Origin: Nitrospirota bacterium
GTDB lineage: Bacteria > Nitrospirota > Thermodesulfovibrionia > Thermodesulfovibrionales > SM23-35
NCBI GenBank assembly: GCA_963796125.1
Contig: CAWCKM010000018.1
Coordinates: 1,951 to 65,950 of the forward strand
Length of the DNA: 64,000 bases
Direction of reading: 5' to 3'
Below, one piece after another: positions 32,716 through 40,900 of this stretch (positions within the stretch are counted from its first letter, which is position 1; every line of letters begins with the position of its first letter). The notes beneath the pieces were generated by a model, which saw only the letters and a program-made list of their open reading frames with translations, had not been told where the DNA came from and searched no databases. The translations under genes and the position numbers were made by a program.

Positions 32716-33555
32716 ATGATTAAATTTTTTGAAAAAGCACCATATGCGCCGGTGGAGTACTCCTATGACGTGGAAGAGATCCTTTACAGGGGTAAGAGTA
32801 AGTTTCAGGAAATTAAGGTTATCAGAAACCCGCATTTCGGCAGGATGCTCATCCTTGACGATGTTGTCCAGATTACTGAAAGGGACGAGTTTTTTTACCA
32901 TGAGATGCTCACCCATATCGTCATGCATGCCCATCCGTGTCCAAAGAAGGTAATCGTGATTGGTGGTGGAGACGGAGGAGTTGTGAGAGAAGTGCTCAAG
33001 CATAAAACAGTTGAAAAAGTCTATTTCGTGGAGATAGATGAGGAAGTAATCAACGTTTCAAGGAGATTCTTCCCCGGTGTTGCTTCAGGCGTTGATGATC
33101 CGCGTGTAGAGATAAAAATTATGGACGGAGCGGATTTTGTATTAAAAAGGCAACACGCAGATATAGATGCAGTTATCATTGATTCTACAGATATTATCGG
33201 GTTTGCACGAAGTCTTTTCACGGGAGATTTTTTTACTTCTGTCAAACAGTGTCTTACGAATGATGGCATGTTCGTTACACACACGGAATCGCTCCATTTT
33301 CATAAAGATATGGTTATTGAAATCCAGGAAGTGCTTAAATCCGTCTTCCCTTTGGTCGATCTGTATACTGCTCCTCTTGCAACGTATCCGGGAAACTGGT
33401 GGGTCTTTGCTGTCGCATCAAAAGGTCTCTCGCCGCGTGAGGCAAGACATGACCCGGAGATAATAACAAAATTTTACGATGGAGAAATCCACCGGCAGTC
33501 TTTTATGACAAAAGGTTTGTATGAGAAACTGATGCAGAGAAAGCTTGCATGGTAG
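32716..33555 (+). CDS. speE: spermidine synthase / aminopropyltransferase
   Basis: FQEIKVI....GRMLILDDVVQ.TERDEFFYHEML.H, GGGDGGVVREVLKH and DSTD. Confidence 0.88.
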   Translation: MIKFFEKAPYAPVEYSYDVEEILYRGKSKFQEIKVIRNPHFGRMLILDDVVQITERDEFFYHEMLTHIVMHAHPCPKKVIVIGGGDGGVVREVLKHKTVEKVYFVEIDEEVINVSRRFFPGVASGVDDPRVEIKIMDGADFVLKRQHADIDAVIIDSTDIIGFARSLFTGDFFTSVKQCLTNDGMFVTHTESLHFHKDMVIEIQEVLKSVFPLVDLYTAPLATYPGNWWVFAVASKGLSPREARHDPEIITKFYDGEIHRQSFMTKGLYEKLMQRKLAW

Positions 33556-34405
33556 GAAATTGTCAATTCCAAGCAACAAAAATAACTGGTTCATTGACAA
33601 AGACAGCAGACACAGATGGATATATCACAGGATAAAAAAGCATGTTTTATCAGTTAAGACAAGGTTCCAACAGGTAGAATTCATTGATACTTATGAGCTT
33701 GGACGTCTTGTTGTTCTCGACAACAAAATACAGTCTGCTGAAGCAGATGAGTTTATCTACCATGAAACCCTTGTACATCCTGCTATGATCGCACACCCGG
33801 ACCCGAAGATTGTTCTGATTCTCGGCGGAGGTGAGGGAGCAACTCTCAGAGAGGTTCTGAGACATGGAACAGTTGAAAAAGTCGTCATGGTAGATATTGA
33901 TGAAGAGTTTGTAAGCTTATGCAAAAAACATCTCAGGAACTGGCACCATGGTTCTTTCAACGACAAGCGGGTCGAATTAATTTTCGCCGATGCAAAGGAA
34001 TACATCAGTAACAGCACGCCATTCTTTGATGTTATCATCGCCGACATAAGTGATCCTTTTGAAAAAGGGCCGGCTCAGGAACTATATACCATGAAATTCT
34101 ACTCGGATATAAAAAAGGCTCTCAAGACCACCGGTATCTTTGTGACTCATGTAACAGGTGTTTTCTATACTTCAGGCAGATATCGCTATATGGATATTTT
34201 AAAAACGCTCAATGATATTTTTCCTCTCACACATTTTTATTATGAATATATTCCTAGTTATAGCTCTCTGTGGGGATTTGCCGCTTGCTCTCAAAAATAC
34301 AGCCCCCGAAAGATTTCTCCTGATACGGTATATAAGAGGTTAAAAAAGAGGAATCTCGATTCCCTCTCCTACTATGATAAAGAAACACATACAAAACTTT
34401 TCTAA
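33545..34405 (+). CDS. second spermidine-synthase-family aminopropyltransferase paralogue
   Basis: FQQVEFIDT..LGRLVVLDNKIQSAEADEFIYHETLVH, GGGEGATLREVLRH and ADISDP. Confidence 0.85.
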   Translation: MHGRKLSIPSNKNNWFIDKDSRHRWIYHRIKKHVLSVKTRFQQVEFIDTYELGRLVVLDNKIQSAEADEFIYHETLVHPAMIAHPDPKIVLILGGGEGATLREVLRHGTVEKVVMVDIDEEFVSLCKKHLRNWHHGSFNDKRVELIFADAKEYISNSTPFFDVIIADISDPFEKGPAQELYTMKFYSDIKKALKTTGIFVTHVTGVFYTSGRYRYMDILKTLNDIFPLTHFYYEYIPSYSSLWGFAACSQKYSPRKISPDTVYKRLKKRNLDSLSYYDKETHTKLF

Positions 34406-34628
34406 CTACCCAGGTTTCTCAGAAATTTTCTGTTGAACTCCCCCTTTCCTAAAGGAGTATAGAGGGGCTTACTAAAAATTATTTATGAATACCTGCTTAC
34501 GAATGCTTTTCAAGTCAAAACAACTTTCCTGCCGATGATAGGGTAATCTGGTAACCCTCCGAAATAAAATCAACTGCATTGTCTATTCTTCGAGAAGAAT
34601 ATTGAAACCAGCCTGTTCAAAAAGGTTG

Positions 34629-34685
34629 AACCAGTTCGTACTGAGCTTTGCATTCCTTTGATATATTCAGTCGAGTTTCATTGTT
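34629..34685. other. weak attC-like imperfect palindrome
   Basis: AAC-CAGTT-CGTACTG...(22-nt loop)...CAGTCG-AGTTTCATT-GTT followed by AAAT. The AACAATGA-type arm is on the opposite strand relative to the sites at 37304 and 39155. Confidence 0.3.
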
Positions 34686-34843
34686 AAATAACAGGATATT
34701 TACTGTTCAGAAGAAATCAAGGCATTGGCTGGAAACGTTATGTGAGAGGAAATTTGGAAAATAGAATTAAATAATGTAGGAAGTGTCCCTTTGACCTATC
34801 CCTTCGCTTGAGTAACAGTTTAGTACATTTGTCGTCTGATGTC

Positions 34844-36469
34844 TCAGCTTGAATTGCAGTAAAGAGCGGCTTGTGCTTTAGCGGTGTCGCAAGTCAGGAG
34901 AGTTTGCAGAAATTCTCTTGGATGCCGACCCTGTCGCATGGCGGTAAGCAGAAGACTGGGCAAGATGCTGTGTGTCCTTAATCCACTTTCAGAGCGTGTT
35001 CCGAACATGATTTTACGAAAGATCACAAGAAAACGGATTGATTGTTCTGCCTGATTGTTTGTTGGCTGCACACCGGGATGTCGAAGGAAAGTGAACAAAT
35101 GCTTTTGATCCTTTCCGATAAGTGAAGCTCTTAAAGTTTCAGCAGGATTGTAACTGAGCTTGCAGGCACAAAGCTTTTTAAGATCCGAAACGAATTGTTT
35201 TTCGATAAGAGACGCTTGATTCCATTGAAGGGTACCGGAGAGAAGTTCCTGTCCTACCGCGCAAGCCTCTGAGAAAAAAGTAGCGATTTTATCACAAAAG
35301 GCTTCTGCCTTTTTATCACGGGCTGCATCCTCTATGAGCAGAAGCTCCCGGGTAATTTCTTTGGCTTTAGTCATGAGATGGCCCAAACATGACTGCCGCG
35401 CTTTCGCATTGGCGCCGTTATATGCGGCATAACGATCGGCAACCAGAACCCCGCCGAAATCTGATCCGAGGATGGATTGTGCCACTTCCGTTGACCGATG
35501 CCGGTCAATCTGGAAGAACGCCAGATCGGTATTGCCCGCATACCATGCAAAATGGCCTATGCCGTCATTTCGCCATGAAGTTTCATCTGCATGAATGACA
35601 GCGGAAGCCTTGATCTTCTCTCGCAAATCTTCATAAATCGCCGCACCCTTTACCGCTGCTTGTCGGTCAAACCCCACAGCAGAGGCTGGCACAAATTGCA
35701 GGCCGAATAAATCCCTGAAAACCTCCTGGACTTTTCTATATGTCATGCCCATTCGATACCGCAAATAGATAGCAGCAGACTTCGCAACCGGTCCGATAGG
35801 GGCATTGAGAAGCTCATCTTCTGCCGCTTGAACAACAGGCCGGTTACAATGACCGCAAAATGCCTCACGATGCAGGTATCGGGTAACAAAGGGGCGGGGC
35901 TGAAGGACAATATCTTCCTGAAGATGTTCCTTAACACCCTTAATCGGCGTGAGATTGTGGGATTGGCAATGGGGACAAATCCTCGGGGCGGGTACTTCCA
36001 CGGTTTGGTCCACATGTATGGGTTTGTATCTAAACCATCCCGAATGGCCAACCGGAGCGCCACGCCTCTTCTTCCCCCCATCTACTGGTGTTGAGGCATT
36101 CTCTGCATCCCTGCCGTTTTCATCAGTATCTTTCTTTTTGTTTGCCTTAAATTGCCTCCGATGTAAAGCAGTATTCTTAGCCTTCAATTCCGCATTTTCC
36201 TTCTCCAGTGCCTGGATTCGTTTCAGTGCAGTATTCAACTCATCGCCCATTGTATCTATGATCCTCAGATGTTCTTGGTACGTTTCACCGGCACGTCGAT
36301 ACTCACCCAAAACCCACGTCGTGGACAGCCAATCCAAATAAGGACAGTTATGCTCATAAGGACAGGTAAAGTCAGGCGGTGGATAAGAGGGGCGAGGCAT
36401 ACTCCTTATTCGTTCTCCAGGTTTAGAATCTCCCAGTTGACCTTGGAGAGTTTCTGCATGAGTAGCCAC
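34844..36469 (-). CDS. IS66-family transposase (TnpC-like)
   Basis: Leucine-zipper region (LKRIQALEKENAELKAKNTAL), zinc-finger CPHCQS, and DDE-region blocks HADETSWR and ADRYAAYN. The likely true start is the ATG at 36400 (MPRPSY...), preceded by AAGGAG. Confidence 0.85.
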   Translation of the reverse strand: MATHAETLQGQLGDSKPGERIRSMPRPSYPPPDFTCPYEHNCPYLDWLSTTWVLGEYRRAGETYQEHLRIIDTMGDELNTALKRIQALEKENAELKAKNTALHRRQFKANKKKDTDENGRDAENASTPVDGGKKRRGAPVGHSGWFRYKPIHVDQTVEVPAPRICPHCQSHNLTPIKGVKEHLQEDIVLQPRPFVTRYLHREAFCGHCNRPVVQAAEDELLNAPIGPVAKSAAIYLRYRMGMTYRKVQEVFRDLFGLQFVPASAVGFDRQAAVKGAAIYEDLREKIKASAVIHADETSWRNDGIGHFAWYAGNTDLAFFQIDRHRSTEVAQSILGSDFGGVLVADRYAAYNGANAKARQSCLGHLMTKAKEITRELLLIEDAARDKKAEAFCDKIATFFSEACAVGQELLSGTLQWNQASLIEKQFVSDLKKLCACKLSYNPAETLRASLIGKDQKHLFTFLRHPGVQPTNNQAEQSIRFLVIFRKIMFGTRSESGLRTHSILPSLLLTAMRQGRHPREFLQTLLTCDTAKAQAALYCNSS

Positions 36470-36579
36470 ATTTTACTGTACCGTCTGGCCATTTCCTGCG
36501 CTTTATTTACTATGCCTTTTCGCACATATAGAGATTCGGTTTTCCCCTTCACCTTTGTCGTAAGACCATAGCCGGTCAT
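36406..36579 (-). CDS. small IS-internal accessory ORF (57 aa from the ATG; frame open to 36684)
   Basis: MTGYGLTTKVKGKTESLYVRKGIVNKAQEMARRYSKMWLLMQKLSKVNWEILNLENE. Its stop lies 5 nt upstream of the transposase ATG. It does not resemble the canonical IS66 TnpA/TnpB as I remember them. Confidence 0.4.
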   Translation of the reverse strand: MTGYGLTTKVKGKTESLYVRKGIVNKAQEMARRYSKMWLLMQKLSKVNWEILNLENE

Positions 36580-36797
36580 GGCAGGGGACTTGGCGATTGT
36601 ACCGATAAGGAAAAAATCGAGGCTCGCTGTGATTTCTTCCTTAAGTACAGCTCGACGCTTTTTAAGGATGTCTATTTTTTGTATGTTATCTCCTATAAAG
36701 AGTATTTATACTCTTTATATAATATCAATAAATCGCCTGCAAGTCAACACTTTTGTGGATGTCTGGTAGATGTCAGGCGAAAAAAGTTACGGAAGGA

Positions 36798-37145
36798 CTA
36801 AACTGTTACAAAAAGATGTCTTACAAAAGGCTTTTTATCAACCAAGACTCTTCTTCCCTGCAAGATCCGCCCTGCAAGACTGAGCGGTGCATTGTTAAGA
36901 ATCACGAGGTCTATTTCATCAGTTCCGAGTATATCTGCAATTCTACCAAACATCTCAAGATAATCCGGTTTCTTCATGTCCTTCACATACACCGCCAGAT
37001 CGACATCGCTCAGGGGATTTGGCCTCGCCTTGACCATTCCGCCAAAGAGGTACGCAAAGATAACATTAGAGTCACGGAGAAAAAAGTCACTCAGCAAACT
37101 CATTTTTTGATGGATATTTTCTGGAACTTTCTTAAATCTAATCAT
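36798..37145 (-). CDS. MNT-type nucleotidyltransferase (antitoxin-like), 3' end supplied by the IS66 inverted repeat
   Basis: The FAYLFGGMVKARPNPLSDVDLAVYV motif (G-x-...-D-x-D). The last three sense codons and the stop (GTA ACA GTT TAG) are the IS terminal repeat. Confidence 0.75.
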   Translation of the reverse strand: MIRFKKVPENIHQKMSLLSDFFLRDSNVIFAYLFGGMVKARPNPLSDVDLAVYVKDMKKPDYLEMFGRIADILGTDEIDLVILNNAPLSLAGRILQGRRVLVDKKPFVRHLFVTV

Positions 37146-37303
37146 GATTAAAACAATACCACAAAAAAGCCAGAAATGTAATTTTCTTCCGTTAACTTCT
37201 CTATCAAATGTGCAGAGCAGATGATATTGAAAAGAGTGAGACTAACACCTACAAGGTGTAAAAAATAGACAGTGAAGAAAATTAGCGATTATGAAAAGAA
37301 ATG

Positions 37304-37343
37304 AACAATGAGTTCAGCGGGTTCCCCGCTTGAACGATTGGTT
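37304..37343. other. attC-like recombination-site candidate
   Basis: AACAATGAGTTCAGCGGG-ttc-CCCGCTTGAACGATTGGTT. AAC/GTT termini, an unpaired spacer, a CAGCGGG/CCCGCT(T)G stem and a bulged base. 39/40 identical to 39155-39194. Confidence 0.6.
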
Positions 37344-37409
37344 AGCGGCGATCATCCTTTGTCCAATGTCAAGGGCTGACCGCTATTTCCATTCTGATAA
37401 TGCTTGCGA

Positions 37410-39108
37410 TTAAAGATCACGAAAAGCCTCAATAATTGTTTCCAGGCTTTCGTCGCACACGGAACATAGATGTTCAAAATGCTTACGAAAGCTACCATAA
37501 TCTTGTAATGCTTGCTTTCTCACTATTTCTGCTTCGCTTCCAGAAGCATGGCCTTTCAATATGGAGCGTAAGTTATGGATTTCATGGAAGGGTGACATGA
37601 GTTGGTGCGCATGTTCAGCCTCAAAGCCCACAGCAATGAGACATTCTTCAGTAAGTTTTAGAGCTCTTAACTTTATGTCAGGATTTCTGCCAAGCTCTTT
37701 TGCTCTCTTGCGCAACCATTTTTCATCTAAACCCTCAACCACGAGTTGATCGAGATTCAATATTTCCTCCGCCCATTCATCACGAGAAGAGGTATATGGA
37801 TAGTGGACTGTCTTAGGCGCATCTTCGTCCCTTAGAGTCCACCAGCCGACTTTTGCGCGATGTAGCTTGTCAAGCTTATTCTTTAGGCTATAAAGTGCGT
37901 CGTATCCTTCATAAAATTGGCCATCAAAGTCAGTGGTAATTGCTCTTTCAGAAAGTGGCGCTTTGGGCTTTTCATTATATTGTTTCCAATGAAGCTGTTC
38001 TTCGTAAGGAAGATGACTCAAATATATTAGATAGGTATGGACTTGACCTGCTGCATTGACATCGAACGTTTTTAAATGCCATGCGCCACGGCAACCAACT
38101 GATCGACTTTCTAAATGGTATTTTGCCCTATCGCTCTTGTATTTTAACAAGACTTCGGGCTTAAAAAATGCGGGGTTATCTCGAAAGGAAGATCTGACTT
38201 AGTAAAATAATTAGATAACCATGCAGGGTCACATGATATTTCAGCAATCTTTTTATTTTTCCAATCATATGCAATAAACGTTGCGTACTGCTTTGCCTCT
38301 TTGGATTCAGGCTTACCCCACATATTATTTATTATTTTATCCTTTGGAATGCTGATTTTCTTGACCTGAAATCCTCTTGAGTAGCTCCCATAACTCTCGG
38401 AGACTACCAAGCTTCCAAAAATGTTATTCTTACCATCAAATTGTATCGGAGCATTTCGAGAACCCCAGCCGGAAAAACTACCTGATTTATATCGTGTGAA
38501 ATCAAACATACGAACTAATAACATTTTACTTACACTGGTGTACTCTCCAAAGATGTCTTTCTTAATTGTAATAACTGTGCCCGTTTCATTATTCGGCAGC
38601 CTATTTATCTCTATGATTTTTACGATGTCTTCAAAATCGCCAAATCTGTCAAGTCTACACCAAGCACTACGTTCGGACATGAAGTGAATCCCTAATACAT
38701 GAGATATTTTCTGTTCCAACTCAAAGTACAGCTTCTTAGATTCAACCCCTTCAAAAGAGCGACCAAATAATATCGGCTCCCCCTTACTCAGGGTTTTACT
38801 TCCAGCATGAGCAAGGGGTCCTTCAATCCAAGCTTCATCTGAAGAGCATGTTATCCCCCAAGTGGAAAATGGATTATGACTCCAGCCTTGAAGATCATCG
38901 ACGGTTGAGTCATCAATCGCAACCTCCGGTATCAGAACAGCATGAATAAAAATGTGTCGTAAGGATGCATAGATAATAATGTTTTCATCCTCTATTTCTT
39001 TTTCAAGAAAAGGTAGCACATCCTCCTGTCTAACCCAGCTGTGAGGGCGTCTTCCTGTGCTGGTTCTTTGTCAAGCGATAAAATTATTTTGAAGTCGTAT
39101 AGGTTCAT
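37410..39108 (-). CDS. large orphan cassette protein (about 565 aa if two frame breaks are repaired) with an R-x5-H (HEPN-like) C-terminal motif
   Basis: Track ORFs 38144..39019 and 37410..38150 overlap by 7 nt (FLSPKSC* / MLKYKSDRAKY). A further N-terminal piece (MNLYDFKIILSLDKEPAQEDALTAGLDRR) starts at the ATG at 39108 in a third frame. The C-terminus contains FHEIHNLRSILKGHASG. Confidence 0.55.
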
Positions 39109-39154
39109 CACTCATTCAATGTTTCCGCAAATCTTCACACACGGCACACCGATT

Positions 39155-39194
39155 AACAATGAGTTAAGCGGGTTCCCCGCTTGAACGATTGGTT
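39155..39194. other. attC-like recombination-site candidate
   Basis: AACAATGAGTTAAGCGGG-ttc-CCCGCTTGAACGATTGGTT followed by GAAA. Confidence 0.6.
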
Positions 39195-39223
39195 GAAAGC
39201 TCATTCTCCCATTCCCAGTCACT

Positions 39224-39878
39224 TTAAGTTGGCAACGTCCCCAACAGACCCGTCCCGAAGTATTTACTCGTTCTGTTCCTCGACCACAATGCGACGAGGT
39301 TCACGTAGTCAATAAAGGTTAGTTCATCGGGGATTAATCGGCTTTGGCTGCATAACCTGCCAAATTCCTTCTTGAACTTTTTGAAACGTTGGTAGATGAT
39401 GCTTCCACTGGGAATTGTCTTTCGTTTGGACGAAGTTTGTAGCCAGTCTCTTATTTCCGTGACAAGTAATTGATGATTGTTCTTGTGTGTGCGAATATCC
39501 ATTCCTGATATATCAGACAACATCTTTTGGTACCTATATGGATAGCGATCGAGAACTAAACAAACCTTTCTGTTCTGTATTTCTTTGCCAAACCGTTTAG
39601 CACCGAAGAATAAGCCCAGTTCAAATGGCATATTAAATCGAGGTAATTTGCTTTTGGAATCAAGTTCAGTCCTGGAAATATCATGTATTCCGTATTTGCA
39701 TGTTGAGATTCTTTACTTCATTAATCTTTTCCAAGCGAAACTGGCTTGCATCGTTGGTCTCCTTGGAGCAACGTGGAACAAAGCCGGAATCTAACACAAC
39801 AAAAATAGCAGCATCAAATAAAGATTTATAACCTTCGTCGAACGGACAGTTGATAAATACTTGATCGTCGTATCTCAT
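39224..39878 (-). CDS. TIR- / nucleoside 2-deoxyribosyltransferase-like protein (one frame break)
   Basis: Track ORFs 39681..39878 (MRYDDQVFINCPFDEGYKSLFDAAIFVVLDSGFVPRC) and 39224..39631 (MPFELGLFFGAKRFG...VCLVLDR..YRYQKMLSDISGMDI). The alternating beta-strand/helix pattern with a conserved Glu after a strand resembles TIR/NDT flavodoxin-like folds. Its start ATG overlaps the upstream stop (ATGA at 39875-39878). Confidence 0.5.
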
Positions 39879-40522
39879 TTTTTGCGCGTTGTCATAGCTG
39901 ATTTAGATAATATGTCAATCAGATTCTTCGTTGAACTTGCAGATTTCTGCATGTCGGATAATGACTTTAGCAAGGTTGAAGGTAGCTTGCACGCCTGTTG
40001 GGTCTTCCGCATTTCTTCAAGAAGTGAACCCATCTTAGATGAGGTTTTCTGCGTTTCAGCCAATGTCTTTAGTAAGGATTCTGGCGGCTTGCATGCCTCT
40101 TGAGCCTTCCGCATTTCTTCAAGAAGTGCACCCGCCTTAGATGAGGCTTTCTGTGCCATCTGCATTTGTTGAATTATTGTATTCGTCGGCTGTAATAAAT
40201 CCTTAGTTGCACTTATGGAAGCAAGTGTTTTATCAATATTTGACGCCTCTTTCTGGATTTCAGTAAATGTCTTTAGTAAGGATTCTGGCGGCTTGTACGC
40301 CTCTTGAGCCTTCCGCATTTCTTCAAGAAGTGTGCCCGCCTTAGATGAGGCTTTCTGCGTTTCAGCCAATGTCTTTAGTAAGGATTTTGGCGGCTTGTAT
40401 GTCTCTTGAGCCTTCCGCATTTCTTCAAGAAGTGTGCCCGCCTTAGATGAGGCTTTCTGCGTTTCAGCCAATGTCTTTAGTAAGGATTCTGGCGGCTTGC
40501 ATGCTTCTTGATTTTTGCGCAC
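39875..40522 (-). CDS. tandem 34-aa helical-repeat protein
   Basis: Units of KPPESLLKTLAETQKASSKAGTLLEEMRKAQEA(C/Y). A probable N-terminal extension runs to the ATG at 40602 (MNRTKSMIKQLVEARKDNRS) through one frame change near 40540. Confidence 0.65.
   Translation of the reverse strand: MRKNQEACKPPESLLKTLAETQKASSKAGTLLEEMRKAQETYKPPKSLLKTLAETQKASSKAGTLLEEMRKAQEAYKPPESLLKTFTEIQKEASNIDKTLASISATKDLLQPTNTIIQQMQMAQKASSKAGALLEEMRKAQEACKPPESLLKTLAETQKTSSKMGSLLEEMRKTQQACKLPSTLLKSLSDMQKSASSTKNLIDILSKSAMTTRKK
39963..40520. repeat. 102-bp tandem repeat array (about 5.5 units) inside the CDS
   Basis: The unit register recurs at 39963, 40065, (40167, divergent), 40269, 40371 and 40473. Units at 40269, 40371 and 40473 differ by only a few bases. 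Confidence 0.9.
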
Positions 40523-40598
40523 TTCTTCAAGTAAGGCTTCTACGAACGATTATCTTTACGTGCTTCAACAAGTTGTTTTATCATAGACTTTGTTCTGT

Positions 40599-40712
40599 TC
40601 ATTGTTGATAGGACTTCCGGACTTTTGGAGGCGGCAAAAGATCTGATAATTCAGCGAGAGAAAAAAGCCCCTTTTTGGGATGATACTTAATAGTTCGCTT
40701 TTTCTCACTCAT
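40599..40712 (-). CDS. 37-aa basic ORF at the head of the cassette
   Basis: MSEKKRTIKYHPKKGLFSLAELSDLLPPPKVRKSYQQ. Its TGA overlaps the next ATG (ATGA at 40599-40602). It is below the ORF-track size cutoff. Confidence 0.35.
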   Translation of the reverse strand: MSEKKRTIKYHPKKGLFSLAELSDLLPPPKVRKSYQQ

Positions 40713-40843
40713 GTGATAATCTCCTATCTGCGTTACTATTTCTGCTTACTAACAGCATTAGTATCCCAATTTTACCACGTATGTTGCCGAATAGACGCTT
40801 AAGTGATATCGTTTTACCATCAAAATAATTCATTAGTGCGTAC

Positions 40844-40895
40844 AACGGCCTAAGCTCAGCGGCGGCTAACAGCCGTCCGCTGGAGTTGGCTAGTT
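40844..40895. other. attC-like recombination-site candidate
   Basis: AACGGCCTAAGCTCAGCGGCGG-ctaaca-GCCGTCCGCTGGAGTTGGCTAGTT. Same AAC...CAGCGG / CCGCTG...GTT layout with bulges. It starts 5 nt beyond the stop of the gene at 40901. Confidence 0.5.
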
Positions 40896-40900
40896 CGGCT

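Larger units (their letters stand above)
34812..36809 (-). mobile_element. IS66-family insertion sequence (about 2.0 kb)
   Basis: Perfect 13-bp terminal inverted repeats: GTAACAGTTTAGT at 34812-34824 and ACTAAACTGTTAC at 36797-36809. They enclose the transposase and a small upstream ORF. I found no flanking direct repeat. Confidence 0.75.

Noticed and set aside
36753-37151. Plus-strand ORF 36753..37151
   Set aside because: It is antisense to the MNT nucleotidyltransferase, which has the diagnostic G...DxD motif.
39875-40522. Interpreting the 34-aa repeats as TALE-like DNA-binding or canonical TPR repeats
   Set aside because: Only the unit length matches. There is no hypervariable di-residue position as in TALEs and no TPR consensus (W-L-G-Y-A-F-A-P pattern). 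Variation is spread over a few charged positions.
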